A stretch of DNA of 64,000 bases from an uncultured bacterium (GTDB lineage Bacteria; Planctomycetota; Uabimicrobiia; Uabimicrobiales; JABWCH01): positions 8,565-72,564 of the forward strand of contig CALKWO010000414.1 in assembly GCA_938003875.1 (NCBI GenBank), read 5' to 3'. Positions within the stretch are counted from its first letter, which is position 1, and every line of letters starts with the position of its first letter. The notes under the pieces were generated by a model, which worked only from the letters and a program-made list of their open reading frames with translations, made no database searches and was not told the DNA's origin. Made by a program: the position numbers and the translations under genes. Positions 26,687-35,779 of the stretch are shown here, piece after piece.

Positions 26687-27703
26687 ATGAAAAGAATTGC
26701 ATTTTTTTTTCAGCATTGGTTTGGTTGGGTATGTCTGATTTTTTTAATTCGATTTTTTCTTTATTGTTTTATGCCTGAAATAAAATCTTCTCAGGAAGCA
26801 ACTATGGAGATTTTACTTTCTTCTGTGCTTCATTCTCAAGATAAAGAAATCCATTCTCTGGCATTCCAGTCTCTTTATGAAATAGCCAAAAAGTCAGAAA
26901 AAAATAGAAATATAGTAGAATCTGTTTTAAAAAAGCAGCTTTCTCATGCACAGAATCTTTCCTCTGAAGCTAAAGAATTTTTTTCCAGATTCCAGGAAGA
27001 TCCTTATCTTATACTCAAAAAAGTATCATCTCAGCTTTCTACTTTTAAAATACAGGATTTGACAAAGCTGGCTTTTTTCATAGTCTTGTTTTGTTCCTTT
27101 TTTCTGGTATTTGCATTGCCATGTTTTTTTTGGGGTTTTGTGGGAAAAAATAGTCTCAAGAAAATTTTCGGGAAATGGGGCGCAACGTTTTTTTTATTTT
27201 TCTTGCTTTTGCTTATAGTCTGGGTTCTATACTTTAGCGTTTATCACGACATTCTCTGGGCAGCACATCTTGGAATGATCTTCGCTTTATCTTTTATGAT
27301 GTTTTCTATGTCAAAAAGTGGAATCATATCTCTTTTTTGGGAAGGTGAACCAAAGAATCTCAAGGGCTTACTCTTAGTTTTCTTCTTAGCTATGGCGAGT
27401 ACTATTGTGCCATATATAGTACCGCAAGAAAAAGAAGATATAGACCAGAAATCTCTTCTTTTAGCCATAGAAAAATCTCTTCAAACTCATCGGCAGGATA
27501 TGGTACCGATTTTAGAAGATATTTTGCTAAAATCTCATACTTTAGCAGACTCTATAAAAGTAGCCTTGATAAAAGCGTTAGGTGTTATGGGAAAGGAAAA
27601 ACAGCTCAATATACTCTTTGGCTTTGCAAGCAGTCAGGATTGCCAGATACAAAAAGCAGCATTAGAAGCAATCTATCAGTTATTAAAGAAGAAAGAGATA
27701 TAA
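26687..27703 (+). CDS. Multi-pass membrane protein with HEAT-like repeats at both ends
   Basis: 338 aa with central TM helices. The C-terminal LIKALGVMGKEKQLNILFGFASSQDCQIQKAALEAIYQLL is HEAT / PBS-lyase-like. Confidence 0.6.
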   Translation: MKRIAFFFQHWFGWVCLIFLIRFFLYCFMPEIKSSQEATMEILLSSVLHSQDKEIHSLAFQSLYEIAKKSEKNRNIVESVLKKQLSHAQNLSSEAKEFFSRFQEDPYLILKKVSSQLSTFKIQDLTKLAFFIVLFCSFFLVFALPCFFWGFVGKNSLKKIFGKWGATFFLFFLLLLIVWVLYFSVYHDILWAAHLGMIFALSFMMFSMSKSGIISLFWEGEPKNLKGLLLVFFLAMASTIVPYIVPQEKEDIDQKSLLLAIEKSLQTHRQDMVPILEDILLKSHTLADSIKVALIKALGVMGKEKQLNILFGFASSQDCQIQKAALEAIYQLLKKKEI

Positions 27704-27831
27704 ATTTTTGCCCTAAATAGACGGCTGCAATCTATTGCAAGACAATATGTTGAAACTTAACATGTATAATGCTCACGTTTTTCTGACTGAGGCATTTCTC
27801 TCTATAAGGAAGAAGGGAGTATTCAATCGTC

Positions 27832-28761
27832 ATGAGGTATGAAGAAATGATGGCTGTTTTTGTATTTATTGTTTGTGTCCTTTTGGTATATGCTTTAGAG
27901 TTTTTGCTTTTAGTGAAATTTTTCATCAAATCTAAAAAAGGGGAAAAAACTTTATATCTCAAAAAATATTGGATTTTGCATTCCCTTGCTATCTCAGGTA
28001 TATTTTGCATGGCTTATGGCTATTTTATTGAGCCATATTGGATAGAAACCAAGACTGTCGTAATATATACAGAGAAATTGCAAAACACCCGTTTCAGAGT
28101 CATACATATTTCTGATTTGCATTGTGATCCTGTTGTTCGGGCAGAAGACAGCTTGGTAAAAAAAATTTCTGATCTGAAGCCTGATATTGTTCTCTTTACA
28201 GGGGATTGTATCAATAGCCCTGAAGGACTGAAAGTATTTCAGGATACTATGGCAAGAATAGAAGCTCCTTATGGCAAATACGCTGTTTTAGGAAACTGGG
28301 ATATAAGCTGGACATATTTAGATCGCTTTGCTGGAACAGGTTTTAGAGTATTGAACCATGAGGATATTTCCTGCACCAAGGGAGGCGAAAGCATAAAGAT
28401 TTTGGGAATCAGCCAGTATGCTCCTGCGTTTCCTCAAAAATTTTCTTCCTTATCCAAGGATTTTCGCATTTTTCTCTATCATCTTCCTGATCTAATAGAA
28501 GAAATAGGCAATGCCCCTGTTTCTCTCTACCTTTGCGGCCATACTCATGGAGGTCAGATCGCACTACCTTTCTATGGTGCCTTGATTACTCTTGCAGCGC
28601 ATGGGAAAAAATATGAATCTGGTTTATATACAGTAGGGAATAGCATGCTTTATGTCAATAGAGGCATTGGAATGGAAGGCGGAGGATATGTCCCCAGAGT
28701 ACGTTTTTGGTCAAGACCTGAAATCACTGTGTTTGAAATTCTTCCCAAGCCTAAGGAGTAA
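27832..28761 (+). CDS. Membrane-anchored metallophosphoesterase
   Basis: Motifs ISDLHCD, FTGDCIN, GNWD and CGHTHGGQI, with an N-terminal TM segment. Confidence 0.9.
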   Translation: MRYEEMMAVFVFIVCVLLVYALEFLLLVKFFIKSKKGEKTLYLKKYWILHSLAISGIFCMAYGYFIEPYWIETKTVVIYTEKLQNTRFRVIHISDLHCDPVVRAEDSLVKKISDLKPDIVLFTGDCINSPEGLKVFQDTMARIEAPYGKYAVLGNWDISWTYLDRFAGTGFRVLNHEDISCTKGGESIKILGISQYAPAFPQKFSSLSKDFRIFLYHLPDLIEEIGNAPVSLYLCGHTHGGQIALPFYGALITLAAHGKKYESGLYTVGNSMLYVNRGIGMEGGGYVPRVRFWSRPEITVFEILPKPKE

Positions 28762-28769
28762 TCGCTCTG

Positions 28770-30350
28770 ATGTCTCAAAAACATAACTATCTGAAGTCTG
28801 CAAGCATTGTTGGCATGAGTACTCTTGCTTCTCGTATTTTGGGCATGGTACGCGATATGGCTATGGCTTCTCTTTTTGGAGCAGGAATGGTTCTGGACGC
28901 ATTCGTGCTGGCATTCACTATTCCCAATCTTTTTCGACGATTTTTAGGTGAAGGGGCTTTCTCTGCTGCCTTTTTGCCTGTTTTTACCGAAATTTTAGAA
29001 AAAGAAGGAAAAGAAAAGGCAAAAAATCTAGCGAAGCAAACAGGTACCTTTCTTTTTGCAATTCTCTTGATATTGGTTCTTGTGGGTATACTGGTTTGCT
29101 TGTTAGCTTTACTTTGGGATGATATAGGCGATAAAAACCGCATTGCCTTAAAACTATCTGCTATCATGATGCCCTTTCTTTTGCTGGTATGCTGGGCAGC
29201 TTTTGCAGGGGCTATGCTCAATTCAATGCAACATTTCTGGAGTCCAGCCTTTGCGCCCGCGCTTTTGAATTTTATCTGGATAGCAGGAATATTCCTCATC
29301 ATTCCGCTGTGCCAGAAAGACCATGAAACCTGGGCATATATCATGGCAATTTCCATTCTTATAGGAGGCGTTGTACAGTTGGCTTTGCAATGGCCTTTTC
29401 TAAAAGCACGCAGTATGCCACTGCTTCCTGATACAAAATTCTCTTATGGCAATCCTGCGGTAAAAAAAATTTTTATCAACATGCTTCCTGTTCTCTTCAG
29501 TGCTGCTGTAGTCCAGGTCAATACCCTGATGGATTCTGTGATTGCCTGGTTCATGATACCAGGGGATGGAGCTGTAACGGTTCTATATATGGCCAACCGC
29601 TTAATGCAATTCCCTCTCTCGATCTTTGGCACTTCCCTTTCTACCGTTATTTTCCCTGTTTTTAGCCTCTATGCTGTTCGAGGAGAAAAAGAACGCTTTG
29701 GAAATGCTGTGCCTGAAGCTTTACGACTTTGCATATTTTTAGGTTTGCCTGCTAGTTTAGGCCTTGTGATTCTATCCAAACCCATTATTTTTCTGATTTA
29801 TCAGCATAATTCGTTTACATCTGAATCTGCAATGAGAACGACTTACGTTTTACTCACCTATAGCTGCGGTCTTTGCTTTTATATCCTGTTGGGAATTTTG
29901 TCTCGCGCTTTCTATGCCTTGGGCGATACCAAAACACCCACTATGGTTGCCTTTGTGATTATGCTGAGCAACATAGTTCTGAACATCATCATCGTCCCTT
30001 TCATCCAGGAGATAGGGCTTGCTATGACGACAGCCTTTGGTGCTTTGGTTCATTGTATTTGTCTGCTATTTTTGCTGCAAAAGAAAATTCCTCTTTCCTG
30101 GCAAGGGACTGGTATCTTTCTTTCTAAATGTATATTATGTAACATCATTATGAGTATTGCAGTTACAGTATCTTCTTGTTTTTTCGTATATCATGAAACT
30201 TTGAAGCAACGCCTTATGGCTGTTTCGATTCCTATATTGCTAGGAGTTCTTGTATATACAGGAAGTGCATTTCTATTGAAAATAAAAGAGCTGGAAAGAT
30301 TTGGAGTAATTATCCGAAGAGAAAAAAAGATAGCTGCCGACAAATTGTAG
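28770..30350 (+). CDS. murJ: Lipid II flippase MurJ
   Basis: The N-terminus SASIVGMSTLASRILGMVRDMAMASLFGAG..DAFVLAFTIPNLFRRFLGEGAFSAAFLPVF is the MurJ/MviN hallmark. 526 aa, polytopic. Confidence 0.92.
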   Translation: MSQKHNYLKSASIVGMSTLASRILGMVRDMAMASLFGAGMVLDAFVLAFTIPNLFRRFLGEGAFSAAFLPVFTEILEKEGKEKAKNLAKQTGTFLFAILLILVLVGILVCLLALLWDDIGDKNRIALKLSAIMMPFLLLVCWAAFAGAMLNSMQHFWSPAFAPALLNFIWIAGIFLIIPLCQKDHETWAYIMAISILIGGVVQLALQWPFLKARSMPLLPDTKFSYGNPAVKKIFINMLPVLFSAAVVQVNTLMDSVIAWFMIPGDGAVTVLYMANRLMQFPLSIFGTSLSTVIFPVFSLYAVRGEKERFGNAVPEALRLCIFLGLPASLGLVILSKPIIFLIYQHNSFTSESAMRTTYVLLTYSCGLCFYILLGILSRAFYALGDTKTPTMVAFVIMLSNIVLNIIIVPFIQEIGLAMTTAFGALVHCICLLFLLQKKIPLSWQGTGIFLSKCILCNIIMSIAVTVSSCFFVYHETLKQRLMAVSIPILLGVLVYTGSAFLLKIKELERFGVIIRREKKIAADKL

Positions 30351-30429
30351 CCTCAGGGTTGCGCCGAAAAAGTCATGTCTGCTCAAAAGCCCAACGCCAG
30401 AGCAATCCCTGCGTCTTTGGTCAATACCC
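30345..30429 (+). repeat. REP/MITE-like element (copy 2)
   Basis: ATTGTAGCCTCAGGGTTGCGCCGAAAAAG...CCAGAGCAATCCCTGCGTCTTTGG. The murJ stop codon TAG (30348-30350) lies inside the element edge. Confidence 0.85.
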
Positions 30430-30450
30430 TTAAACTGGATCACGGAAAAT

Positions 30451-30513
30451 GATTCGATTCCGTTAGTCTCTATTAGCAAAAGACGCAGGGATTTCTCTGA
30501 AGGTTGTCTCATC
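30451..30513 (-). repeat. Partial REP/MITE-like element in opposite orientation, with the 23-nt module
   Basis: GATTCGATTCCGTTAGTCTCTATTAGCAAAAGACGCAGGGATTTCTCTGAAGGT parallels 40354-40397. It is truncated next to the stop of the FGE-domain gene. Confidence 0.75.
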
Positions 30514-30515
30514 AC

Positions 30516-31592
30516 CTATTTTTTAGGCCTACTGAAGCTTTTTGCGCAGCGAAAGCCATAGATTCCTTTTCTGCTGTCTGGGAAATCGAAATAGCGGTAG
30601 GTTGTTGTGGTAAATTCTTCGAAGGTGAACCATGAACCACCTTTCAGAACCCTATAATTACGAGAATCATCGTAAAAGCTATCTGTCCATTCCCATACGT
30701 TCCCAGAGAAATCGTAGCATTGATAAAAAGATTTTCCTGTTTTGTAGTTGCCAACAGGGGTTGTATCTCCAATACCAGATTCTTTGCAATTGCAACGTTT
30801 AGCTTCATACTGGTTGCTCCACGGCCACAGGAGCGCTTCTGGTCCTTTGGCTGCATTTTCCCATTCTATATCTGTTGGTAATCGTCTGTTTTTCCAACAA
30901 GCATAAGCAATGGCATCTTCATAGGATACCCAGGAAACAGGATGATTAGCTTTACCAATGGGGTATATGTCTCCAATCCAATAGGAAGGTGTTGGATAGC
31001 CTGTATCTTTGATGAATTCAAAATACTGGAGGTTAGTTACAGGATAAATATCAATAAAATAAGGGCGAACCGTATATTCTTCAGCCGTTTGTACAAGAGT
31101 GATGGTGTTTTCTGGAACAAATACCATATCCTCTGTTTGTTCCAGGGCTACAAGTTCTTCAAAAACCTGGCTATGCCATCTGGTTTCAGAAAATTTTTCA
31201 TAGATTTCCCAAAAACGTTCCAGCCCTTCTTTTGCTTTTCCATTATCGAGAAGAAAACGTCCCCACTTATAGAGGATTTCAGAAACTTCTTCCTTTGCTT
31301 TTTCCCATTCTACAGAACAAAGATTGCTGAAGACTTCATCAAACCAGCTTTGTTTTTGCTCATATTCTTCTTTGCTCTTGATATTGTTTATGATTGCTTT
31401 CAGAGAAACCAATAGATCTTCGGCTCTGCGTGCCGCTATTCTCTGGGAGCTATGAGGACTCGAACTTCCCAGGAACACCAGGTCTGTTTCCCAGTGTTTT
31501 TTTTCGGGCACGATGGCTTCAAATTTTTCAGGTTTTTCTGTATGCGTAGAAGTTGATTTTGCTGCATCCTGAGGAGATAGTAAAGCAGGCAA
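30516..31592 (-). CDS. FGE/SUMF1 (formylglycine-generating enzyme family) domain protein
   Basis: C-terminal motifs YFIDIYPVTNLQYFEF, HPVSWVSYEDAIAYACW, RLPTDIEWENAAKG, GNVWEWTDS, RVLKGGSW, GFRCAKS. The only start option is TTG at 31592. Confidence 0.85.
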   Translation of the reverse strand: MPALLSPQDAAKSTSTHTEKPEKFEAIVPEKKHWETDLVFLGSSSPHSSQRIAARRAEDLLVSLKAIINNIKSKEEYEQKQSWFDEVFSNLCSVEWEKAKEEVSEILYKWGRFLLDNGKAKEGLERFWEIYEKFSETRWHSQVFEELVALEQTEDMVFVPENTITLVQTAEEYTVRPYFIDIYPVTNLQYFEFIKDTGYPTPSYWIGDIYPIGKANHPVSWVSYEDAIAYACWKNRRLPTDIEWENAAKGPEALLWPWSNQYEAKRCNCKESGIGDTTPVGNYKTGKSFYQCYDFSGNVWEWTDSFYDDSRNYRVLKGGSWFTFEEFTTTTYRYFDFPDSRKGIYGFRCAKSFSRPKK

Positions 31593-31693
31593 TATTGCTG
31601 TTTTGGCTGCATCAGGATTTTTTCTTTTGACACTGGGAAGTTTTTGTGTGGTAATAGAGTGGATCGCTGTCTCACCCTCCGAGCTTTTTTTAA

Positions 31694-33541
31694 TCAGTGT
31701 AATAGTTTTTTTTTTGGGGAAGACAGGATAGAAGAATCTTTGTCTTTAGCAGTAGTAGAAGCATCTGGAGATTCCAATTTATGGAGTCTTTTTTTGGCTC
31801 TTACAGCCCAGGGGCTGGCAGGGAAGATCTCAATGAGTGCCTGCAAATGTTTTTTTGCACCTTCCATATTCCCTTGCTGGATAAGGTCTAAAGCAAATTC
31901 ATATTGTTTTTCAGCAGTCGCATCTTTTCCGACTTCTTCCGTTTCCATCAAAGTATTGCTGATTGTATCGTCTGTACTTTCTGCTGGATGGGGAGTTGTG
32001 CCTGGTTCTTCCTCTGTTTTTTCTAAGGAAGTTTTCGTAAAAATTTTATCCCAAAGTCCTTTCAGACTGGAAAAAGTCCCTTTTGTATAGAAAATAGATG
32101 TTTTGTCTTCTGTTTCAGCAAGCTTTGTATTTTCTCTCAGATGAACCAAGATACGATCTAAGTCTCTTAACAAAGCAGCAGCATCGTAACGGCTTTTAGC
32201 ATCTTTGCACAGCATTTGGTTGACAAGAGAAGAGACGAATCTTGGAAGATCAGGATTTATCTGATGGATCTGGGGTGGATTTTCCTTGATATTGACAAAA
32301 AGATAGCCCACCGGGCCGTCTACATTGAACGGTTCCCTTCCTGTAAACATTTCATAGGCCACTATTCCCAGACTGAAAATATCAGAATGTCCATCGATAT
32401 TATGACCCCGAATATATTCAGGTGCCATATATTTAAAAGTCCCTACAAGCTGCCCTGTCACAGTAATCTGATTGTCTGTGGTCGTTCGTGCTATTCCAAA
32501 ATCGGCTATTTTGGCTATAATTTCCTGGTTGCTATCCTGGCTGAGAAGAATATTGCTTGGCTTAATATCTCTATGGATGATATTGTTTTCATGAGCGTAT
32601 TTCAGCCCCATAGCGATTTGTTTTAAAACAGTCAAAGCCTCTCTCAAAGGAATGATGCCCATCTTTTCTATTCTTCTGGATAGAGTACCTCCATCCATAT
32701 ATTCCATGAAAAAATAAGGCCTTCCTTCGATTTTTCCAGTATCATATACACGAATGATATTAGGATGACGTAAGGAATGTGCACTTTCAAATTCTCGGTT
32801 AAAACGCTCAAAACCCGCTTGTGCTTTCATTACTTTTAATGCTCTGGGGCGTTTGCGGAACCGACTGACGACTTTGTAAACATCCGCCATTCCTCCTTCC
32901 CCTAAAAGTTCAACGATTTCATAATCGCCTATCTTTTTATGAAGCAAAGAAAGGGCTTCATCATCCACATCTACAGAATCCCTGCTCATAAAGCTCCGCT
33001 CGACGCTCATGGAGGCACCTGGCTGTGAAGAAATCAGATCTCCACTGCATTTAGGGCATTGGTATTTTTTTTCTGTTTTATAGTGGCGTATATTATATTT
33101 TGTCTCGCAAGTAGGGCAACGGAGAATTTTTTTCCCCTGGATTTCTAAAATCAACTGTGCCTGGCGAACAGCGACATATTTTTTTTCAATTAAAATTTGC
33201 CCAATGCGAAAGTGTTTGCCCTCTTTTCTTAATCGCTCCTGAAGAGTAAGGGCTTCCGCGATCTGTGTAGAGCTGGCAAAACCTTTTTCTACACAAAGCT
33301 CCCCAAATTTCTTTTCATTTTCTTTTTTGCCCGCTTCTCTTTGCATTTCTGGCGGTGCTTTTTTGAGGATTGCCGCCATATTTTTATTGTTAATATATCC
33401 TTTTTCGATCATAAGGACAAACAAACTGCCTGGATTAGAACTTTGTCTCTGAATTTCAAGACATTCTTCTACCTGATCTATAGTTAAAAGTTCTCCCTGA
33501 TTGGCAATCGTTTTAAAGAAAATTTCTTCTTCAAATTGCAT
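31694..33541 (-). CDS. Ser/Thr protein kinase with N-terminal T2SSE_N/MshEN-like motifs, a zinc ribbon and a C-terminal TPR-like region
   Basis: GEGGMADVY, ALKVMK, HRDIKPSNILL, DFGIAR, APE. Zinc ribbon CPTCETKY..CPKC. Tandem 24-aa motifs KFGELCVEKGFASSTQIAEALTLQ and RIGQILIEKKYVAVRQAQLILEIQ. Confidence 0.9.
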   Translation of the reverse strand: MQFEEEIFFKTIANQGELLTIDQVEECLEIQRQSSNPGSLFVLMIEKGYINNKNMAAILKKAPPEMQREAGKKENEKKFGELCVEKGFASSTQIAEALTLQERLRKEGKHFRIGQILIEKKYVAVRQAQLILEIQGKKILRCPTCETKYNIRHYKTEKKYQCPKCSGDLISSQPGASMSVERSFMSRDSVDVDDEALSLLHKKIGDYEIVELLGEGGMADVYKVVSRFRKRPRALKVMKAQAGFERFNREFESAHSLRHPNIIRVYDTGKIEGRPYFFMEYMDGGTLSRRIEKMGIIPLREALTVLKQIAMGLKYAHENNIIHRDIKPSNILLSQDSNQEIIAKIADFGIARTTTDNQITVTGQLVGTFKYMAPEYIRGHNIDGHSDIFSLGIVAYEMFTGREPFNVDGPVGYLFVNIKENPPQIHQINPDLPRFVSSLVNQMLCKDAKSRYDAAALLRDLDRILVHLRENTKLAETEDKTSIFYTKGTFSSLKGLWDKIFTKTSLEKTEEEPGTTPHPAESTDDTISNTLMETEEVGKDATAEKQYEFALDLIQQGNMEGAKKHLQALIEIFPASPWAVRAKKRLHKLESPDASTTAKDKDSSILSSPKKKLLH

Positions 33542-33655
33542 TGTTCATTTCCTGTCTTGCGCTCACGGTTATTTAGATTCTAATCGAATCTTATTATTTT
33601 AGTTTTCCTAAGCTCTCATTTCAACAAGAATTTTCTTGTTTTTTTGTAAATCATT

Positions 33656-35056
33656 CTATAACATAAAACCCCATAGTCCTAAAGCAATTAAGAGAATGAT
33701 ATAAAGGCAGAAAAGGCATACTAAAATGCTATTTTTCTTGAGCTGCCCCCTGGGGTCGAAAAAGGGGAGAAAGCAAAGAAAAAAAAGGCCACCCCATATA
33801 ACAACATTTCCTAAAAATTCTAATGGCTTAATCCAAAATTTCATGGCATATAGTGGATAAAAGAACCATACACAGAAGGCATCTTTAGAATCCAGAGAGG
33901 CACTTGCAAAAAATAAAACGCTAAAAACAAGGGCTGCTCCTAGAAAATATTTTCCCAAAATTCCTGGCCAGAACGATTCCTTTTCTAATGGGTCGAGAAT
34001 CTTTTTGTCAATGGTAGAAAACATAAGAATGGCATCTGGATCCATGCGAACGGTTTTTTTCAATGGACTCTGCTTCGTGATTTTGCTGTCTATATCGGGC
34101 TGCATACTATCGTCTACAGGCTCTGCCATGACAACCTCAGCATCAATCGTCTGCCTGGCGGAAAAAACATCTGCCTGATATACACGATATTCCTCTGAAT
34201 CGGCTGGAATCGCTTCCATTCCGATATTTACTGTCTTGCTAGGAGGAGCTACATAGATTTTTTCTACCTGATCAGAAAGCTTGAGAAGATGGGTGATGTC
34301 TTCGTACATTTCATTAGGATGATTGTATCTCTCTTCAAAATCAGCCGTAGCTTTAAGGATTACGCTACAAAGGCCTGCAGGGATATCTTGTTGCTTTAAT
34401 ATCAGGGGCATTTCTGAAACAGGAGCGCATTTCCCTGTCAGCATTTCAAAAAGCATCATACCTGCACTATATATATCACTTTTAGGATCATCGAAAATCT
34501 GATCTTTTAAGACCTCTTCTGGAAAATATGGCAAAATCATCGCAAATCTGTCTACATTTTCTTCTCTGGCAAAGCAATCGGCAAGAAGTCTTTGCTCTAA
34601 CACTCCCATGCCAAGACCACAGAGAAGCACCCTTTTATCAGGTGTCACTAAAACTCTGCTAGGACGAATCGCACCGTGCATTTTACCTTGGGAAAGCAAA
34701 AATTTCAAAGTTTCCAAAAGTTTACGAATGATATACAACGCAATATTACTTTTTATAAATTTCAAACTTTTTATATATGTGGAAAGTCTTCGTCCTATGG
34801 CATAATCCCATACCAAAAAAACAGGGTTTTCTTCTATAGCTAACAATGTTGGAATAGAAGGGGAAGAAAAAGATGGAATTTCCAATGGATGTTCTTTAAG
34901 ATAGGAAAGCATTTTTTGATCTTTAATGATCTGAATGGCAACATCTTTCTCTTTTGGGTTTTTTCCTTGCCATATTTCGCTAAAAGTTCCATCCCATACT
35001 TTAGAAATTAGATGGTATTTGCTTGTAGATGCTCCTATCTCTGGCAAACCGGTCAT
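33656..35056 (-). CDS. Membrane-anchored pseudokinase (kinase-like fold, catalytic residues lost)
   Basis: The kinase-like layout keeps VAIQIIK (VAIK Lys), but HGAIRPSRVLV replaces HRDxKxxN, GLG replaces DFG, and the glycine loop is degenerate (WDGTFSEIW). C-terminal TM helices are present. Confidence 0.75.
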   Translation of the reverse strand: MTGLPEIGASTSKYHLISKVWDGTFSEIWQGKNPKEKDVAIQIIKDQKMLSYLKEHPLEIPSFSSPSIPTLLAIEENPVFLVWDYAIGRRLSTYIKSLKFIKSNIALYIIRKLLETLKFLLSQGKMHGAIRPSRVLVTPDKRVLLCGLGMGVLEQRLLADCFAREENVDRFAMILPYFPEEVLKDQIFDDPKSDIYSAGMMLFEMLTGKCAPVSEMPLILKQQDIPAGLCSVILKATADFEERYNHPNEMYEDITHLLKLSDQVEKIYVAPPSKTVNIGMEAIPADSEEYRVYQADVFSARQTIDAEVVMAEPVDDSMQPDIDSKITKQSPLKKTVRMDPDAILMFSTIDKKILDPLEKESFWPGILGKYFLGAALVFSVLFFASASLDSKDAFCVWFFYPLYAMKFWIKPLEFLGNVVIWGGLFFLCFLPFFDPRGQLKKNSILVCLFCLYIILLIALGLWGFML

Positions 35057-35070
35057 AGATATGCCTTTCT

Positions 35071-35676
35071 TTATGGCTTTTTAGTTTCTGATAGCGATAC
35101 AGATTTTCTATACAGCAACCACATATAGAAAAAGAGAGCGAATAGAACCAATAGAGGGAGAATACAAATATGCAAAATATAAAAGCGATGCCATAAAACA
35201 GAAGAGGAATCGCTCTGTAAAACAGGATACAGATAAGGCCCTATCAAAGGAAATTTACGCAAAATCATAAAAAACATGTCTAGTGTTTTTTGAGAAGTGC
35301 TGTTGGCAAGCAAAATGGCTCCTGTAAAAAAAGAAACGCATGCTAGAAACAACAAAAGTATACCATTGAGCCATACCAACTCTCCAGGGCTTTGATAGCT
35401 ACCCTTAAATACTTCCAGACAAATGTGCAAAAGGAGAGACACCAGAAGGATATTCCCACCGATTCCATGCAAATTTCTCAAAAATAGAGAAAGATTTTTT
35501 ATATCGCCTGATTCTTTACAATAAAAAACCAGCACCGCTCCTATAATGATCTGCCAGAAAAAGAAAATCAGAGCTAAAAATGCAGGAAAAGAAGACCATG
35601 ACGATATGCCTCGTGTGAAAAGAGGATGTAAAAAAAAATTTTTGATTTTGATTCTTTGTTCTAGCCAGGAAAACAT
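35071..35676 (-). CDS. Cytochrome b / b6 N-terminal domain-like membrane protein
   Basis: Collinear with cytochrome b6: WLEQRIKI, LRNLHGIGGNILLVSLLLHI, PGELVWLNGILLL, RFYILHICILPLL. Three of the four canonical heme-ligand His residues are present. The fourth aligns to Tyr (LFFYMWLL). Confidence 0.65.
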   Translation of the reverse strand: MFSWLEQRIKIKNFFLHPLFTRGISSWSSFPAFLALIFFFWQIIIGAVLVFYCKESGDIKNLSLFLRNLHGIGGNILLVSLLLHICLEVFKGSYQSPGELVWLNGILLLFLACVSFFTGAILLANSTSQKTLDMFFMILRKFPLIGPYLYPVLQSDSSSVLWHRFYILHICILPLLVLFALFFYMWLLYRKSVSLSETKKP

Positions 35677-35779
35677 GGTTAAAGCCTTGTTTTTTACTGC
35701 TCATTGCAGAGTATAAATCTGCAATGAGCATACATTATTGAATCAACACATAAATTAATATTGACTTGAAGCAAGTACA

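Noticed and set aside
27732-28010. 92-aa minus-strand ORF overlapping the start of the metallophosphoesterase gene
   Set aside because: It has no RBS and no motif, and it is antisense to a well-supported CDS.
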